From contig NC_042998.1 of assembly GCF_006345805.1 (NCBI RefSeq), positions 39,432,001 through 39,496,000 on the forward strand: a stretch of DNA of 64,000 nt, read 5' to 3'. This DNA comes from Octopus sinensis (lineage: Eukaryota). Positions within the stretch are counted from its first letter, which is position 1. The number at the start of each line of letters is the position of its first letter. Below the pieces are notes generated by a model, which was not told the DNA's origin, ran no database searches, and saw nothing but the letters and a program-made list of their open reading frames with translations. Below, piece by piece: positions 59,040-64,000 of the stretch. Made by a program: the position numbers and the translations under genes.

Positions 59040-60440
59040 TGTGTGTCTTTGTGCAACTGTTGAATGAGATGAGCGTGTTGTGGATTATATAAACAAGTCA
59101 CTTTCTTGTTAACACAAGCAAAACCTTTCTCAAAGTCAATGAAGTTGAGATCAAGGGGAACCTGTCGTTCTTGCGACTTCTCGATCAGCACATTGGCTAG
59201 TTGGCCTCATGAGTCTAGGAACCCAAATATGATCTATGAATGCTGTGACTTACAGTCAATAAAGACAACAGAGCCCAGAGTTATGTTTTGTCCAGGAGTC
59301 TGTAAAACTGTTAAGACAGTCCTGCTCTCACTGATGGTCCAGGGAGAAAATATCTGGTCAATGTTGGACTTAATTCTTCCTAAATCCTGCTTACTCTAAC
59401 TCATAACATCACCACATTTTTCAATCTCTCAAGAGTTCCAGTTTTTGCACACACTAAAATCTCCCAATTATTTCTGGTTAGTTTCACTAGATAGCCTCAC
59501 CTTTTGAGCACTTTTACTTTCCCTCCATATTGCATGGGATTCCAAATATGCTGCTCTTTTCACCGCTTTTCAGCATTTTTAGGGTTTTCATCCATTGTAG
59601 TTCAGAGTTTACCTTTACACAGGTTACTGATGGAATACCGGGTTTGCAATGGAGAGTAGAAGGGTGGAGGTGCTTTTAGGCATTTCATCGAAGTACTCAG
59701 CCCCTCTCTTTTCTTCTCTTTTAATTACTTCATTATTTGCTGTCTTGATGTATCTTTCATTGATTTGCATCTACTTGGAAGTTTTCTAATTCAAGTCTTG
59801 AGATACTGTATCAAGTTCTCCAGACTCCATTTTCTACTGCTTCCTCTGCTTCATCTATAAACTTTTTGAGATAAGCTCTTTTGGTCTTCCTTGTCAATCC
59901 CATAATTCAAGTGTATTGCAATAATTTCTCTCATTCTTCTGTGCATTCATCAGAACCAAATTCAAATACTTCCTTTTTACTTTTAGTTCCCCCCCTTGTG
60001 TCACTAGAGAACCATTATTACTCTTTGTATCACCTTCTTTGGAGGATGTCAGTGCATAGAAGACTTCATATACCAATCTCAAGAGTTCAACCATTGGTAT
60101 ACCATCCATAAGATACTTTAGCAAGAAAGAAAGCTGCATTTGTTTCAGTTTCTTTCATCATCTGCTTATTAAATTTGTAGAGTGGTTTCTATAACTGACA
60201 TCATCAAAAGCTCTCGTCTTTATTTCAATTTTTCCCAGCACCAAACAATGATAGAATGCCAAAGCCACATTTTCCTTTGTTCAGGTTTTATCAGTCAAGC
60301 AACACCTAGTATCAGGATGTGGTCCAATTAATTTTGCTTTCCTGTCCAGTGACATCTACGTCACTTTGTGCATCCCCTTGTGGATAACTAAATCATTAAA
60401 AGCACACCATAAAAAGCTCTCCATTCTTATTTTACCAAGA
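59040..60440 (-). mobile_element. Ancient decayed RTE-like LINE
   Basis: Minus-strand INFIDFEKGF-like motif near 59120-59150 and purine-rich endonuclease-region-like composition. No intact ORF. Confidence 0.4.
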
Positions 60441-62124
60441 CCATGAGTCCCCAACAACTTCAAATAAAAACTTGCATTTGAACACAACACCTTCAACCAT
60501 TTTTCAAATATTAGTTTCCAAAATTATACAAATACAGCAAACAAAACAAAAAAATTCCACAACTTCAATCTACATCATGATTCTGATGCCTACCTTCATA
60601 AATCCTAAATCCACAAAAGAAACTTTAAAACTTCAAAACCTGACAAACTCACACATTACACACCAATACTCCAAACAGAACACTGCATTCACCAACCTCT
60701 ACATGTACCTATAAAAATACTTTCAAAGTCCCATAATCTGAAAAAATAAAATCATTATTCCAAACCCTAACAAAGACCTCAAAGAAGTAACATCATACAA
60801 ACACATCATCTTTCTATGAACCTCTGAGATATTTTAAGAAGGTCCGTCCTTCTCATCACTAACCCATACATGTCCTTTCCAAATAACAACATGGATTATT
60901 GCCAACACACTACTCATAAACCTATTACAAAGGATACATGGCCGCTTCAATAAAAGAACTCCTCAAACACACCTTTCTAAAAACTTTTGACTATTTGCCA
61001 CTATCTACACACATGCAAATTACTTGATATATCTTTTAAAAAAAACCACAAAACATTGACTAATAAAATCATCAAGCCTAAGTCAAATCACTCAGCCTAA
61101 GATCTGTTCAGAAACTATGCTTCTAAAACTTTTAATTTTTCAAATGGTGTTCCACCATTTCTCCATCTCTTAAAAGTATGCCAACACAGTCTTCCAGCAT
61201 CACAAAACCTATCATAGATAATATTGCCCTCACATCTTCCCACAATTCTTCATACAAAGTTGCAAAACAGCCTCACCCTACATTAATCTCTTTGTTAATG
61301 TAGCAGCTACCAAATTCACTGTTTTCTTTATCAGCAACACCACAGAGTACACCAGGTAGTTAACAAAACCATGACACTGAACAGGGAAAAAAAAACTACT
61401 CACACATTCAGTTAGATATATCAAAGAAACTGGCCATTCAAGAGAATTGCTCTCAACTCTGATGCAACTACAAATGAGACTACATTCATGCAACCAACCA
61501 TGCCCTTAACAGCAACTCCAATGAGTCCTTGGCACTGTAGAACCAAGAATTCATTGGTTAGTCTTTCCTCTGTCAACACACCAGACACAGTAATCCAGAA
61601 TGTTCCATCAGGAGAGCTAGGAGGTCACAAAACACATTAAAATGAGGAAGGAGTCACATGATCGTATGATTCTTTTGGGTCTTGCCAGACATGAACTGTC
61701 TTCTCATCATGTAAGAATTGTCCCTGATGTTCTCATACACCTTACATCTGACAGTAGACTCAGCTGCCTTCAGCTGTTTGGCAATGACCCTCATTAGCCC
61801 TCAGCAGACTGATAAGGGTCATTGATGAAAATTATGAAAATTGAAGCAGAAAATAAATTCGTCTTAGGATGCTCACCTGCCAACAACAGATCTAACACAA
61901 TTCATAAGAAGCCACTTGACTGTTTTGACAGCCATCAACTGTTTGATTTTATACTTACATTCTTTGCCTATGTAGCAACCTAAACTTTTAACTGTCTCTC
62001 CCTCATACAATGCTTCATCATTTCACCCAGAATTTTCTAATTTATTCCTTTCACTTTCCCTTTCATAGAGCGCAATTCCAGACCTTCTTAGATTTGAAAG
62101 CCACTGATGAGCAATTTCCTCATA

Positions 62125-62770
62125 CCCCAACGAAAGGAGAAGAGGTACGAAAAACTAATCGAAGAGTGCAGAGAACAGGGATGGAATGTCGAGTATTACC
62201 ACCTGGCAGTGGGGGCTCGAGGCTTCATTGAAAGGAAAATGACAACGCTATTCAAAAGAAGATTTGTTTTTTCTAGCTCTAAGCTGCGAAAGCTAATAAG
62301 GAAAGTACAGGAGGCGGTCGAAAAAGCCAGCTTCTATATATGGCTGAAGCAAGAAGACCAAAAATGGCTTGAAAGTCATAACATGCCAGCAGAAAATAAC
62401 ATCACTAGGTGAGACAAGCTGACACAGAATCAGCTTCGCTGACTGACAGGTGACGGTCATTTAGAGAATGCGCAGGCTAAGATTACGTGCCTTCACTGGT
62501 AAGTTAAGGTGAGACAGTGTCACATGACAACTTGCTGGGGCTGCCTGCTGGAGCCTAGCAGCAGGTATTTAAAGGGAAAAAATTTGACAAGTCAGTCAGT
62601 CACCGGCTGACGCTACATCAAAGAGGCCAAGGAACAGAAGAAAGAGGACATGCACCCAACACCAGAGCTGAAAACACCTCCGAATGGGGGGGGGCACCAC
62701 GTCAAATCAGTAGAGGAGTAGGGGCCGAAACCGGATGTGGTTCCTCCTGATGATGTCTTGAGCTAACTGG
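62125..62770 (+). mobile_element. 3' fragment of an RLE-type non-LTR retrotransposon (HERO-like)
   Basis: RKEKRYEKL...GW......AVGARG...AVEKASFYIWLK.ED..W is the restriction-like endonuclease C-terminus of R2-group/HERO elements. A GC-richer 3'UTR follows. Confidence 0.75.
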
Positions 62771-63909
62771 ATCTGTTGTAATTCCTCAGATTCATCTAGT
62801 CTTTTCGGAATATTTTAGCTGGTATAAACACTAAAGGGTTTTGAGAATGGGGTTCAAATACTTCTGCATGAAGTCTGTCTAAATATGTTTGTGTGCACAA
62901 TATATCCAATGGTGAAACTGTAGCAGGTTTTCTAGTTCCGTAGTAGAAGAACCTACTTTAACCTCACAGAATATTCCCATCTACGACTTTTGAACAAAAA
63001 TGGCTCTGTAAGTATGAATGCAAACAAAGCTATCTTCATTACATACATCTTTCGATTCCAAATCCCATACAAAAATATATATGTATCACCCAGATTCATC
63101 ATTTTCAACCCACCAGTGTGTGTGTGTGTGTGTGCGCATGCGTGCATGTGTGTGTTATACTTTAGAATAAACAGTAAGCTGTCATTATAGTACTTGGAGT
63201 TTCAAATGTTGGAGCAAAGCGCTATGATGCATTCTCATCTGTCGCCATTATTTAAATTAACCAACATTCAAAACCGATTACTATAACGAGAACATTTTAC
63301 TGTTTGTTCTAAATTATAACATATATAAATAATCCTCTGTTTATCTAATATTGAGGTCTCGTTTTTTGTAGGTACTTTTTATTACTATTATTTGTGCAAA
63401 AACCTCTAGCAAAATAACCCTCTTGACAATCCTCCTTATCTCAATGAGTGAGAGAGAAAGAAAGAGAGAGAAAGAAAGGGTGAGTGAGTGTGTGTGTGTG
63501 TGTGTGCGTGCACATGCATGCCTGCACTGCCGTTTGTCTTCACTAAACTCTTCACTCTTTCTTTGTCTACATGTTTCTACTCCAATTTTAGAAAACAATG
63601 TGATAAAGCGTTCCTACCATTTTCCCACCCTTTAAACACCAATATAATTCTACAGAGCCAAGTTTACCACAGAACCTGCCATCATACACCATGTGCTGGC
63701 ATTCTCTTTCTATTTGCACTGGAAGTGATAACCCCTGCCAGTAAAAACTAATATCAGCAAAAACTAGTGATGGTTTATAACAGTAAAAACTAGAATAGTT
63801 CCATTGGCCTTAAGAGACAAACTTAATACAATCAGAAATAAAAACTTAAAAAATGAAGAAAAAATACTTAATAAAATTTCTTTTTTGAAAATATTTTAGA
63901 AATATTTAC

Positions 63910-64000
63910 TTGTCCAGAGTTCATATCAATTCCATAGTTTTGAATAGTTTTCCCTCCTATCATCATAGTATCATCATCGATGCGGAATGTAGAACTAAGA
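63910..64000 (-). CDS. EIF2AK3: PERK luminal exon, truncated by the window edge (LSSTFRIDDDTMMIGGKTIQNYGIDMNSGQ)
   Basis: GTAAAT donor, phase 0. L.S....DD....GGK....YG....SG matches the PERK luminal domain. Confidence 0.9.

Noticed and set aside
61782-61825. Short inverted repeat CAATGACCCT...AGGGTCATTG
   Set aside because: The 10-bp arms have no supporting context and are too short for a miRNA or MITE call.
16500-64000. Alternative identity as PKR, HRI, GCN2 or IRE1
   Set aside because: A luminal domain, the WWKEI transmembrane segment and an eIF2-alpha kinase domain with a long insert and no RNase domain specify PERK.

Overview
AT-rich, repeat-dense animal genomic DNA. The SINE/LINE repertoire points to an octopus (coleoid cephalopod); this is an inference, not a database result. 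Two spliced host genes lie tail-to-tail. On the + strand are the last three coding exons of Rab28 (4717-10369, ending in the CaaX box CSLQ). On the - strand are 16 coding exons (about 892 codons, N-terminus outside the window) of the ER-stress eIF2-alpha kinase PERK/EIF2AK3 (16500 to beyond 64000), reconstructed with GT-AG boundaries and consistent phases. The introns are packed with RTE-clade LINEs carrying a PHD finger inside the RT and (GAT)n tails, tRNA-derived SINEs, CR1-, I/Ingi- and HERO-like LINE fragments, piggyBac/hAT/mariner derivatives, a Helitron, a hierarchical satellite and long (TA)n tracts. There is no prokaryotic system or CRISPR array. The most interesting leads are: (i) a non-canonical PERK P-loop (LSHGAFGIV) whose deviations are mostly correctable by A-to-I editing and whose exon is bracketed by inverted repeats; (ii) a fold-back inverted repeat at the Rab28/PERK 3' junction; (iii) the PHD-in-RT LINE; (iv) a candidate poison exon in PERK; and (v) a degenerate minimal hammerhead ribozyme. 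All of these are hypotheses that need RNA data.
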